DNA of 64,000 nucleotides from Leptospiria bacterium (GTDB lineage Bacteria; Spirochaetota; Leptospiria; Turneriellales; CBDBES01): NCBI GenBank assembly GCA_965204465.1, contig OZ241995.1, positions 933,688 to 997,687 of the forward strand, read 5' to 3'. Shown piece by piece: positions 46,501 to 54,245 of this stretch (position 1 is its first letter; each line of letters starts with the position of its first letter). The notes under the pieces were generated by a model. It saw only the letters and a program-made list of their open reading frames with translations, ran no database searches and was not told where the DNA came from. The position numbers and the translations under genes were made by a program.

Positions 46501-48408
46501 ACTTTGCTGTGCGAAGGCAATGGCTATACCTGTCCAAATGGCGTAGCAAAAGAAGGTATACCGATAATTCCTGATCAAGAAAGCTGCATTAGCTGTGGCC
46601 AAGGTTATAGGTTGAGCGGCACTCTTTGTATTGCAAACTCCTACTCCTGTCTCAATGGTACACCCGCAAACGGGCTGCCCGTAAACAATGGCGAAGAACT
46701 CTGCATGGGATGCAATACAGGCTATCGGCTTAATGAAGATGATACCGCCTGTCTTGAAAATTATTATGTCTGTAATAATGGTACGCCCGAAAGCGGTAGG
46801 TCAAGATTCCCCCACTTCTCCTTCGGAGCAGAACGTGAACACTGTGCAAGCTGCGAAGATGGCTATGAGCTATACACGATTAGAGAATCAGTCCATATAG
46901 GTATAGTAGGCCGATGTCGAATACCCGCCGCAAGCGATGATAACCCACCTTACCCTTACATTTGTATTAATGGTACCCCAGAAATAGGTAATGACTTTGC
47001 AAACCGTAATACCCAACGATGCGAATCGTGTAATAGTGGATGGACATTCAATCCTGCTACTTTGCTGTGTGAAGGCAATAGCTATACATGTCCAAATGGC
47101 GTAGAGAGAGATGGAATGCCCGTAAACCCCGGCGAATCTCTCTGTACGAGCTGCAATATCGGCTATCGGTTGAATGGTGATATGACCAGATGCATTGGAA
47201 ACTCTTACACCTGTACGAATGGTATGCCCGAAAGGGGAAGACCTCGAAATAGCGAGTTTGAAGAATCCTGTGTGAGCTGCAATCTAGGTTATCACCTAAA
47301 CAGAAAACGATGTGAATTGACGACCTATCCTTATGTTTGTACCAATGGTACACCAGAAAGCGGTACCAATCCTATCCAAAACAACCAACGCTGTGAGAGT
47401 TGTGACAGCGGCTATACATTTGATCCAGATACATTTACCTGTGATGGTAATGCCTATACCTGTGCTAATGGTCTACCTGAAGATGGAAGGCCAAGTATCG
47501 ATGGTGAAACACTCTGTAAGGCCTGCAATGATGGCTATCAGATCAGTAGCGATAAGATCGAATGCCTTGCAAACTTTTACACTTGTGATAATGGCTTAGC
47601 AGAAAGCGGCAGGGCAGAAACCAGCGGTGAAGAACGCTGTATAAGCTGTGGTACCGGCTATCGATTGACTAGAGCGATGATTTGTAGAGAGGATCATCTT
47701 AATGATGCTGGTGGAGCAACCAGAATAGCTACTGGGTCTACTATCCAAGGATTTTTAGATTATGGTGACATCGATTACTTTTTAATAGTCCCCAGTCTCC
47801 GTGGTATGGTCCGAGTCCGTACTACCGGGAGCACCAACACTAAAGGTACAATACAGGATTTTATAAACCTGGAACAGATTGCAGCAGATGACGGAGGTAT
47901 GATTGGTAATTTTGACATATCTTTTTCGGTCGATATACCCAATACACCCTACTACATAAGAGTGGAAGGATTTGATCTCACTACCTCTGGCAATTATAGT
48001 CTAGTGACCTCATTTGATCCGATAGAAGATGATCACGTCAATTTTCATAGCAATAGAGCCACTGTGATACCTGTACCCAGTGGTATTTATTCCGTCCTCA
48101 ACCAAGATATGGGGGAAATTTTGATAACAGGTAACCTGGAATTTCCCGGTGATGTTGATTTCTTTCAAATGGACATCCCTGCAAACTATACTATTTCGGT
48201 TATTTTCAGGAGTCTCGCCGAGAAGGGTATTAATACCAGAGCCACGATAAGTACTAATCCTTATACTATTATTCATGATAGGGATTCTGACTTCCTAAGA
48301 TACGTTCGTGATTTTGACCAGAAAATTTTTATAAAAATAGAGGCGGGGGAAGGGGCCTCTACTGGTGAATATACATTTCGGATTCTTAGGACAGAGACTG
48401 CCCCATAA
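40585..48408 (+). CDS. Giant (2607 aa) cysteine-rich tandem-repeat surface lipoprotein with two C-terminal PPC-like domains
   Basis: Lipoprotein signal (..LITLAHC); about 59 copies of a ~38-aa unit with 4 Cys (C-x4-NG.P..G.P......C..C..GY.L......C); C-terminal ~300 aa non-repetitive with GDIDYFLIV / GDVDFFQMDIP motifs. Confidence 0.75.
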   Translation: MKTNQLNIRIPFILIIWCLITLAHCSSGKKNTDPAVVSAPETFNYICTNGTPEEGTTTVQNAQRCESCESGWTLNTRTFKCDGNSFTCSNGVAADGMPSTPGEALCMMCNTGYQLNSDDTTCLENSYICNNGTPSSERPLNNGEEQCTNCNAGYRLNGAQCESINYRYVCTNGTPKSGTNTTQNTQNCESCDSGYALNPVTSTCDGSSYTCPNGLPEDGMPTTDGEALCVSCNDGYRISSDKTTCLENSYTCNNGTPQSGRPINNGEEICESCNPTYHLQSGLCVENAYVCANGTPESGAPAVHNTQSCGSCNSGWTLNADTMLCEGNSYTCPNGLPTDGMPAIPNDESCASCNPGYRLNSNDCLANSYSCPDGTPESGRPSTNGEKLCVACDSNYHLESGLCVENAYACANGTPKSGTPAVHNSQMCEICNSGWTLNADTLLCEGNSYTCPNGVATDGMPVIPNDESCASCNPGYRLNSNDCIANSYSCPNGTPESGIPVTNGEKLCAACNSNYHLESDLCVENAYICVNGTPKSGIPAVHNTQSCGSCNGGWTLNADTLLCEGNSYTCPNGVATDGMPLTPDDLSCASCNPGYRLNSNDCIANSYTCDNGTPASELPLNNGEERCITCDRNYHLEIDLCVENAYVCSNGTPESGTPVVHNTQSCGSCNSGWTLNSGTLLCEGNSYTCPNGVATGGMPLIPSDESCTSCNPGYRLSSDDCLENSYSCPNGIPEIGMPVTNDEALCSLCNTGYRLNGDNTACLENSYTCSNGAPQSGSPISNGEERCASCNTGYRLNGVLCESINYRYVCTNGTPESGATTVQNTQNCESCNSRYTLNPITSTCDGNNYTCTNGLPEDGRPTTDGEGLCVSCNDGYRLNGDNTACIGNSYTCNNGAPESGSPINNGEERCTNCNVGYRLNGVRCESIAYPYVCTNGTPESGTTAIQNTQSCDSCDSGYTLNSGTSTCDGNNYTCANGLPADGRPGVDGEALCVSCNDGYRISSDSRTCLENSYVCNDGLPASGRPTNNGEERCMACNGGYELNGVLCELRTYPYVCTNGTAESGTTTTPNTQRCNTCTSGYTLDLTTSTCNGNNYTCTNGIEAAGMPLTPNEEVCESCNPTYHLEADLCVENAYTCANGTPESGRPITNGEALCSGCNAGYRANGDDTICLENSYSCPNGIPESGRPSTNGERLCVACDSNYHLEGDFCVENAYVCVNGTPESGTPAVHNIQSCESCNSGWTLNSGTLRCDGNSYTCPNGVATDGMPAIPNDLSCASCNPGYRLNSNDCIANSYTCDNGTPASELPLNNGEERCITCDRNYHLEIDLCVENAYVCSNGTPESGTPVVHNTQSCGSCNSGWTLNSGTLLCEGNSYTCPNGVATGGMPLIPSDESCTSCNPGYRLSSDDCLENSYSCPNGIPEIGMPVTNDEALCSLCNTGYRLNGDNTACLENSYTCSNGAPQSGSPISNGEERCASCNTGYRLNGVLCESINYRYVCTNGTPESGATTVQNTQNCESCNSRYTLNPITSTCDGNNYTCTNGLPEDGRPTTDGEGLCVSCNDGYRLNGDNTACIGNSYTCNNGAPESGSPINNGEERCTNCNVGYRLNGVRCESIAYPYVCTNGTPESGTTAIQNTQSCDSCDSGYTLNPITSTCDGNNYTCANGLPSDGRPGVDGEALCLSCNDGYRISSDSRTCLENSYVCNDGLPASGSPTNNGEERCMACNGGYELNGVLCELLTYPYVCTNGTAESGTTTTPNTQRCNACSPGYLLDSTTSTCTDDLYICSNGVAVIGIAMTLDEEKCFSCNTGYRLIGDECIANSHTCINGTPESGMPPIHNTQRCTSCNSGWTLNASTLQCEGNNYACSNGVAIDGIPTIPDQESCISCDPGYRLIGALCIENSYTCDNGTPASELPMNDGAERCVSCDPNYHREARLCVENAYTCVNGTPDSSIPAVHNSQMCEICNSGWTLNPDTLLCEGNGYTCPNGVAKEGIPIIPDQESCISCGQGYRLSGTLCIANSYSCLNGTPANGLPVNNGEELCMGCNTGYRLNEDDTACLENYYVCNNGTPESGRSRFPHFSFGAEREHCASCEDGYELYTIRESVHIGIVGRCRIPAASDDNPPYPYICINGTPEIGNDFANRNTQRCESCNSGWTFNPATLLCEGNSYTCPNGVERDGMPVNPGESLCTSCNIGYRLNGDMTRCIGNSYTCTNGMPERGRPRNSEFEESCVSCNLGYHLNRKRCELTTYPYVCTNGTPESGTNPIQNNQRCESCDSGYTFDPDTFTCDGNAYTCANGLPEDGRPSIDGETLCKACNDGYQISSDKIECLANFYTCDNGLAESGRAETSGEERCISCGTGYRLTRAMICREDHLNDAGGATRIATGSTIQGFLDYGDIDYFLIVPSLRGMVRVRTTGSTNTKGTIQDFINLEQIAADDGGMIGNFDISFSVDIPNTPYYIRVEGFDLTTSGNYSLVTSFDPIEDDHVNFHSNRATVIPVPSGIYSVLNQDMGEILITGNLEFPGDVDFFQMDIPANYTISVIFRSLAEKGINTRATISTNPYTIIHDRDSDFLRYVRDFDQKIFIKIEAGEGASTGEYTFRILRTETAP

Positions 48409-48420
48409 AGTGGACACTCT

Positions 48421-48600
48421 TTGCCACGATAAATACTGATCCTCATACTATTATTCATGATGGGAATTATGACTTCCTAAGATACGTTCGTGATTTTGAC
48501 CAGAAAATTTTTATAAAAATAGAGGCGGGGGAAGGGGCCTCCACTGGTGAATATACATTTCGGATTCTTAGGACACAGACTGGCATTGAATTAAGAGGCA
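48421..48600 (+). repeat. Direct duplicate of the giant gene's last ~170 bp (48237-48405), separated from the gene stop by a 17-bp mini-repeat
   Basis: ~93% nucleotide identity to the gene's 3' end. Confidence 0.85.
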
Positions 48601-48723
48601 AGAGGGTTTTCAGCATACAGTAATTATACTCTTCATTCAAGAGTATAATTAAAAAATTATATATTAAACTCAAAAATAAAACTTAGTTATTTACAAATTG
48701 TCGTTTGTTTTCATAAAGGAAAT

Positions 48724-50289
48724 ATGGTATCCATTTATGTGGATGGGAAACAATACGAGGTAGACGAAAATAGGAATCTAATTGATTCCCTTAAAGATGT
48801 AGGTATTCAAGTCCCTTATTTTTGTTATCATCCTGAATTATCAATCGTTGGAATGTGCCGTATATGTCTGGTTGAAGTTGAAGGTTCTTCCAAATTACAG
48901 CCAGCATGCAATTTAAAAGCACAGGAGAATTTAAAAATTAAGGTTGTCTCTGAAAAAGCGATCAAGGCGAGAGAAGGGGTAATGGAATTTTTGCTTATTA
49001 ACCATCCATTGGATTGTCCTGTCTGCGATAAATCGGGGGAATGTGATCTACAGGATTATTCTTTTACGGTGGGCGGCCCCACTACCCGCTATAAAGAAAC
49101 GAAAAGAGATGTCTCTCAGGAAGAGATTGGTACAAATTTACTCATTAATCACAATCGTTGTATTCTTTGCTATAAATGTGTACGATTTGATAATGAGATA
49201 CTAGGGATCCCTGATCTGGAATTCATAGAGAGGGGACGTGATACATTGATTGGATATACCCCCCCTACCCCTGATTCTGGTCCATTGCTGGATCATAACT
49301 ACCAAGGCGCTTTGGCCGACATTTGTCCTGTTGGGGCTCTTTTAAACAAAAACACCTTATTTTCTTCCAGAGTATGGTGGTATAACCAAAAACAGTCAAT
49401 ATGTCATGGATGCTCTACTCTATGTAATGTTACCACAAATGTAAGAAATAATGAGATCTATAGGTATATGCCTCCGGAAAATCCAGATAAAAATGGCTAT
49501 TTTATTTGTGACCAAGGGCGTTTTTCGGCCACAGAGTTTTCAAAAGACCGTTTGTTCAGCTATTTACTTGGGCCTGAAAAAGCAGTCTCTAATACAGTAT
49601 TGCCAAAGGTATCTGAAAAAATATTCATGGCAAAGAAAATACTATGGCTAGGGGGCACCATAGATTCAAATGAAGAAATAGATTCCATGATCCAAATAAA
49701 AAAGAAAATAAAATCTAAAGATAAACAAATAAAATGGGAGTTTCGTACTCAAGAATATATGTGGAAAGAAGAATGGAACGATCAAATAGACCTACTGCTC
49801 TCTAAAGATCAAAGGCCCAATAGCCATGCTTTTTTAAAGAGAGAAATGGGAGACATTCTAAGCCTAAAAGAACTCATGGATGAGATAAAAAATGCTGATA
49901 TTATCTTCATTTTAAATGAATTTTCATCTCCTTATGCTTATCTATCAAACAATAAGAGCCAATTACAGAACAACATGTTATTTAAAATAATAGAAGAAGG
50001 CAACTTGTGGAATAAGGTGATCTTACTCTCTACGCATGAAAATGAGGCTACCGAAAAATCTTTTGCTACCATTCCTATTAAAGCATTTGTAGAAAAAAAT
50101 GCCAGTTTTACAGATAAAAAAGGAAATATAAGAAAAGCAAACCAAAGCATACAGCCACCTCAAGGTCTGTTAGACACTGCTGGTGTAATGAGCTATTTAT
50201 TTGAGAATGAAAAAATTAATGAGAAAGCATCTAAAAAAGAGGATTCCGATATGGAAAAATCTTATACTAAAAAAATGGTAGAGGTTTAA
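48724..50289 (+). CDS. nuoG: NuoG-like Fe-S subunit (2Fe-2S plus 4Fe-4S N-terminal domains)
   Basis: [46 protein letters not shown]. Confidence 0.65.
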   Translation: MVSIYVDGKQYEVDENRNLIDSLKDVGIQVPYFCYHPELSIVGMCRICLVEVEGSSKLQPACNLKAQENLKIKVVSEKAIKAREGVMEFLLINHPLDCPVCDKSGECDLQDYSFTVGGPTTRYKETKRDVSQEEIGTNLLINHNRCILCYKCVRFDNEILGIPDLEFIERGRDTLIGYTPPTPDSGPLLDHNYQGALADICPVGALLNKNTLFSSRVWWYNQKQSICHGCSTLCNVTTNVRNNEIYRYMPPENPDKNGYFICDQGRFSATEFSKDRLFSYLLGPEKAVSNTVLPKVSEKIFMAKKILWLGGTIDSNEEIDSMIQIKKKIKSKDKQIKWEFRTQEYMWKEEWNDQIDLLLSKDQRPNSHAFLKREMGDILSLKELMDEIKNADIIFILNEFSSPYAYLSNNKSQLQNNMLFKIIEEGNLWNKVILLSTHENEATEKSFATIPIKAFVEKNASFTDKKGNIRKANQSIQPPQGLLDTAGVMSYLFENEKINEKASKKEDSDMEKSYTKKMVEV

Positions 50290-50293
50290 AAAA

Positions 50294-50812
50294 ATGGGAA
50301 CGATCAATGTACATAAAAAATATCGCTGGAAATGGTATGAAAAGTTCTATTTAATGTCTGTTTCTATGGGCATGCTTACGACTCTAAGGCATTTTTTAAG
50401 ATCTCAATTTTTAAGAAAGCAAGTAACAATACAATATCCAGAAGAAAGAAAACCTCTTGTGAGTCGCTTTAGGGGGCTTCATCGATTGAAAAGAGACGAA
50501 AAAGGAAGGGAGAGATGTACTGCCTGTTATTGTTGTCAATGGATATGCCCTGCAGATGCTATTCACATAGAAGCTGCCGAAGTAACTCCTGAAATACAGC
50601 ATCTTTATCCTGAGGATAAGTATGCAAAAATATTTAATATTGATATGCTGCGTTGTATTTTTTGTGGTCTGTGTGAGGAAGCATGTCCTAAAGGTGCTAT
50701 CTATTTGGATGGTGATATTCCCATGCCTGCGTCTACCAGAGAGAATCTCATTTTTACGAAAGAACGCATGACCGATAAACAGGGTGGCCCTCTCATAGGC
50801 GAAAGAAATTAA
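50294..50812 (+). CDS. nuoI: NADH-quinone oxidoreductase subunit I-like (2x[4Fe-4S] ferredoxin)
   Basis: [12 protein letters not shown] and [12 protein letters not shown]. Confidence 0.75.
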   Translation: MGTINVHKKYRWKWYEKFYLMSVSMGMLTTLRHFLRSQFLRKQVTIQYPEERKPLVSRFRGLHRLKRDEKGRERCTACYCCQWICPADAIHIEAAEVTPEIQHLYPEDKYAKIFNIDMLRCIFCGLCEEACPKGAIYLDGDIPMPASTRENLIFTKERMTDKQGGPLIGERN

Positions 50813-50815
50813 TCT

Positions 50816-51655
50816 ATGATAGATCGTCAATCTTCCATCATCTCAAAAGCCTATGAATCATTAGCAGATGATCCGAATGTTTTAAAAAATTCTTCTTTAA
50901 AAAAAGCCGTTTTAAATTCAATTGACCTCCTGGACCAAGGAAAGATCAGAGTGGCTTCGCCTCCTTCGAGTAAAAATAAGTATTGGAAAACAAATACATG
51001 GATAAAGAAAGCCATTCTAATTTATTTCAGGATCCAAAAAATGAAAGCAATGAACTCAGGTGTTTTTCAATATTGGGATAAAATTCCGCTGAAAACAGAT
51101 CATGAAAAGAAAAAAGTAAGAGTGGTACCCCCTGCCGTAGCTAGATATGGTTCTTATATTGAACCGGGGGCGATACTCATGCCATCTTATATTAATATAG
51201 GCGCCTATATAAGCGAAAATAGTATGATCGATACATGGGCTACCGTAGGAAGCTGCGCCCAGATCGGGAAAGGAGTACATATCTCAGGGGGAGTTGGTAT
51301 AGGAGGCGTTTTAGAGCCCCCTCAGGCAGAACCAGTGATCATTGAAGACCATGCTTTTTTAGGTAGCCGGGTTATTGTAGTAGAGGGAGTGCATATTGAA
51401 GAGGGTGCCGTAATCGGAAGTGGTGTGATTCTTACCGCTTCTACTAAGATAGTAGATGTTACTAAATCAGAAGCAAAGATCATCAAGGGAAAGGTACCTA
51501 AAGGATCTGTGGTTATACCGGGAACAATTCCTAAAAAATTCTCTGCGGGGGTATACCATGTCCCATGTGCAATGATAATAGGCAAAAGGAAAGAATCCAC
51601 AAACAAAAAAACAAGTTTAAACGACGCTTTAAGAGAATTTAACGTAAGTGTTTGA
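50816..51655 (+). CDS. dapD: 2,3,4,5-tetrahydropyridine-2,6-dicarboxylate N-succinyltransferase
   Basis: Left-handed beta-helix hexapeptide repeats; DapD-like N-terminal domain. Confidence 0.75.
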   Translation: MIDRQSSIISKAYESLADDPNVLKNSSLKKAVLNSIDLLDQGKIRVASPPSSKNKYWKTNTWIKKAILIYFRIQKMKAMNSGVFQYWDKIPLKTDHEKKKVRVVPPAVARYGSYIEPGAILMPSYINIGAYISENSMIDTWATVGSCAQIGKGVHISGGVGIGGVLEPPQAEPVIIEDHAFLGSRVIVVEGVHIEEGAVIGSGVILTASTKIVDVTKSEAKIIKGKVPKGSVVIPGTIPKKFSAGVYHVPCAMIIGKRKESTNKKTSLNDALREFNVSV

Positions 51656-51820
51656 TCCCTTCACCGCTGCCTGAAAATAGAAAAAGAGGTATACTTTTTA
51701 GATTATGTCTCTAATATTGGATCTATAAGAGATTTAATACGGGTTTAGCTTGGCAATTACTTGTATAGGCGAAACCTGCAAGTGCGTTTTTAGTTAAGTC
51801 TTCCACGGACTATTTTTTAG

Positions 51821-52243
51821 ATGAAACATATCAAGCCAAACAATAAAGGTAGTGTATATATCTCAAGAAGACTCTCTTTTTCCAGCGCTCATAGATTACA
51901 TCATGATGATCTGGATAATGAAGCCATCTATGGCCAATGCGCCAATCTCCACGGACATAATTATATTTTAGAGGTTACTGTAAAAGGCAAGGTAGACCCC
52001 AAAACGGGATTTGTTGTTGATCTTAAAAAATTAAAAGATATTATGGAAGAAAAAATTAAACTGGTTTTGGACCATAAAAATTTGGATTGTGACATAGAAT
52101 ATTTTAAAGGGAAAGTCCAGTCTGCGGAAAATATTGCTATTTTTATTTGGGAATCAATTGTAGATATGATTCCAAAAAATTCTACATTATACAGGGTCAG
52201 ACTGCGAGAAACAGAAAACAATGTAGTAGAATATTTTGGATAA
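51821..52243 (+). CDS. queD: 6-carboxy-5,6,7,8-tetrahydropterin synthase / 6-pyruvoyl-tetrahydropterin synthase
   Basis: SFSSAHRL, CANLHGHNY motifs. Confidence 0.75.
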   Translation: MKHIKPNNKGSVYISRRLSFSSAHRLHHDDLDNEAIYGQCANLHGHNYILEVTVKGKVDPKTGFVVDLKKLKDIMEEKIKLVLDHKNLDCDIEYFKGKVQSAENIAIFIWESIVDMIPKNSTLYRVRLRETENNVVEYFG

Positions 52244-52844
52244 CGAAAGTATTATACCTTTTATGGAAGAGCAAAGAGAAGAAATATCAAGATTACAAAA
52301 AATTGAAAGGCAATATATGAGTCTTCTCAAGATTTGTTTAGATCAGAAACAAAAAAAACGTACTCAGGGTGAGTTGATCAAAATAAAAAAGCGTCTAAAA
52401 TGTTTACATTCTACAGGATCAACAGACGAATCTACCCTGTCCGGGAATATTGAACCTGAAAGTGAAGCCGATGAACATAAAAATAAATACAATATATTAA
52501 GTCAGTTTCCATTACAAAAAATATCTCCCCATTGCAATGATACTGATATTAATCTTCTAATAACCATACTCTACATATGGAAAAATGAATTTCTTCCCGC
52601 CTTAGGAGAAAAAAATGTAAAGCTTGACCTATCTTTTTTGAATGAAAGAAATTCTCACTATATAATGTTAGACAACCTGCAAAAGCAGTCCAATCTACTT
52701 TCGGATATATTTAATGATTATTATAAGACAAAACAGACCATGCTAAAAACGGAATTGAAAAAAAAATACCAAAGGATAGCAAGGCATTTACCAGAAGGGC
52801 AATTATCTGAAATTACTAGAAAAATTTTGGTCTCAGATATATAA
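52236..52844 (+). CDS. Hypothetical protein
   Basis: 202-aa ORF overlapping queD stop by 8 nt; no recognisable motifs. Confidence 0.3.
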   Translation: MDNESIIPFMEEQREEISRLQKIERQYMSLLKICLDQKQKKRTQGELIKIKKRLKCLHSTGSTDESTLSGNIEPESEADEHKNKYNILSQFPLQKISPHCNDTDINLLITILYIWKNEFLPALGEKNVKLDLSFLNERNSHYIMLDNLQKQSNLLSDIFNDYYKTKQTMLKTELKKKYQRIARHLPEGQLSEITRKILVSDI

Positions 52845-53024
52845 TATGATCCAACAAGAAGATAATGCCTATATAAACCATGATGACTTTATTCATCTTG
52901 ATCAGGAATACGAATCAAATAAATTTCTAGAGGGCAAAAAGGTGCAAAAAGCAATTCAAACTGCAATCCTATTCTTGCAGGAATCCATAGATTCTCTAAG
53001 AATCCCTAAAATGGAATAATCAAT

Positions 53025-54245
53025 TTACTCGTTTTTTTTGTCCTTGATCAATTCGCAAAATATTTTTAGTCCTTCTTTTAAAATAGTTTCATTTTGGGCA
53101 TAGCTAATTCGCACTGTATTTTGATTTCTACTAAATATATAACCAGGGACGATCAGTAATTCCCTTTCAATTGCCCTTCTGGTAAATTCCTTACTATTTT
53201 GAGGGATAATAGGAAAAACGTAAAAAGCGCCATCAGGATGAGAGGAAAAAGAGACCACTCCTTCTAATGCTTTAAACACTATTTCCCTTCTACCTTTCAT
53301 CAATTCTATCTCTTTCGAGATTGGGGTATCCAATGCTTTTAAGGCAGCCCATTGGGCTGGTTGCGGGGAACATACAATGGAATGTTGTTGTAATGCTGCG
53401 ATTTTTTCTACGACCATGGATAATGAGAGAGGCGCCGCTAAATAACCGACCCTCAAACCTGTCATCGCGTATGACTTTGAAAAGCCGCTTAACGTAAGGG
53501 TTCTTTTCGGGAATAGACTGGCCGTATGCATAAAAAGGCCATCATAGTCGAATGCTTCATATATTTCATCGGAAATCAATAACGCATTGTTTTTTTCTGC
53601 TAACTGACCCAAAAGACTGATCTGTTCTCTTGAAAGTATTTTACCTGTTGGATTAGAAGGAGATGCGAATACAATTGCCTTTAGGCCATCTATATTATTT
53701 TGGGTGATCAACTGATCTATATCTTCTCGGCTAAAATTTTCGGGCAGATAGAATGCATTCAATTGGTGATAATCAACCAAAGACTGATAAATTAAGAAAT
53801 AGGGATCAATCAATAATATTTTATCTTTTTTATTGAATATGGTCTGGAATAAAAGAAATAATACAGAAGCAACCCCCGTAGATATGACAATATTTTCAGG
53901 AGAAATGGATATACCCCTCGAATGATATTTTTTGCTTAAAGCCTCTCTTAGAGGCAAAATTCCCTGTGTTTGACTGTATGCATTCTTATTTTCACGAATG
54001 GCCTTGATCAATTCTTCTTTAACTGCCTGGGGAACAGGAAAATCAGGCTGTCCAATGGATAGGTCTTTTACATTTTTTATTTTTTTAGCCAGATCGAATA
54101 CTCTGCGGATCTCGCTGGTATCAATATGATGAATCCGTTCCGATAAAAAGTTCATTGTGTAAACCAGCCCTTTCAATACATTCAATACTATCTTCTGATA
54201 TTTCAGATATAAAGGTAGATGGTTCTGTTTTTTGCAGGAAGCCAT
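53025..54245 (-). CDS. Class I/II (aspartate-type) aminotransferase
   Basis: PLP-Lys motif SGFSKSYAMTGLRVGYL; probable real start at internal Met (~54155, MNFLSERIHHID..). Confidence 0.8.
   Translation of the reverse strand: MASCKKQNHLPLYLKYQKIVLNVLKGLVYTMNFLSERIHHIDTSEIRRVFDLAKKIKNVKDLSIGQPDFPVPQAVKEELIKAIRENKNAYSQTQGILPLREALSKKYHSRGISISPENIVISTGVASVLFLLFQTIFNKKDKILLIDPYFLIYQSLVDYHQLNAFYLPENFSREDIDQLITQNNIDGLKAIVFASPSNPTGKILSREQISLLGQLAEKNNALLISDEIYEAFDYDGLFMHTASLFPKRTLTLSGFSKSYAMTGLRVGYLAAPLSLSMVVEKIAALQQHSIVCSPQPAQWAALKALDTPISKEIELMKGRREIVFKALEGVVSFSSHPDGAFYVFPIIPQNSKEFTRRAIERELLIVPGYIFSRNQNTVRISYAQNETILKEGLKIFCELIKDKKNE

Noticed and set aside
41087-47599. About 20 short ORFs (60-190 aa) on both strands inside the giant repeat gene, several in identical pairs
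   Set aside because: They are frame-shifted or antisense readings of the long in-frame Cys-repeat ORF. The duplicates simply mirror the 2061-bp internal duplication.
40585-48408. Could the highly periodic DNA repeats be a CRISPR array?
   Set aside because: The repeats are ~114 bp, in-frame and coding (conserved Cys codons). There are no short unique spacers and no cas genes. Within the intergenic repeats at 62284-62850 there are only two ~110-bp copies, which is not CRISPR either.
54121-54245. 125-nt overlap between uvrD/pcrA 3' end and the aminotransferase 5' end
   Set aside because: It is most likely an over-extended aminotransferase ORF. A conserved MNFLSERIHHID start at ~54155 reduces the overlap to ~35 nt.
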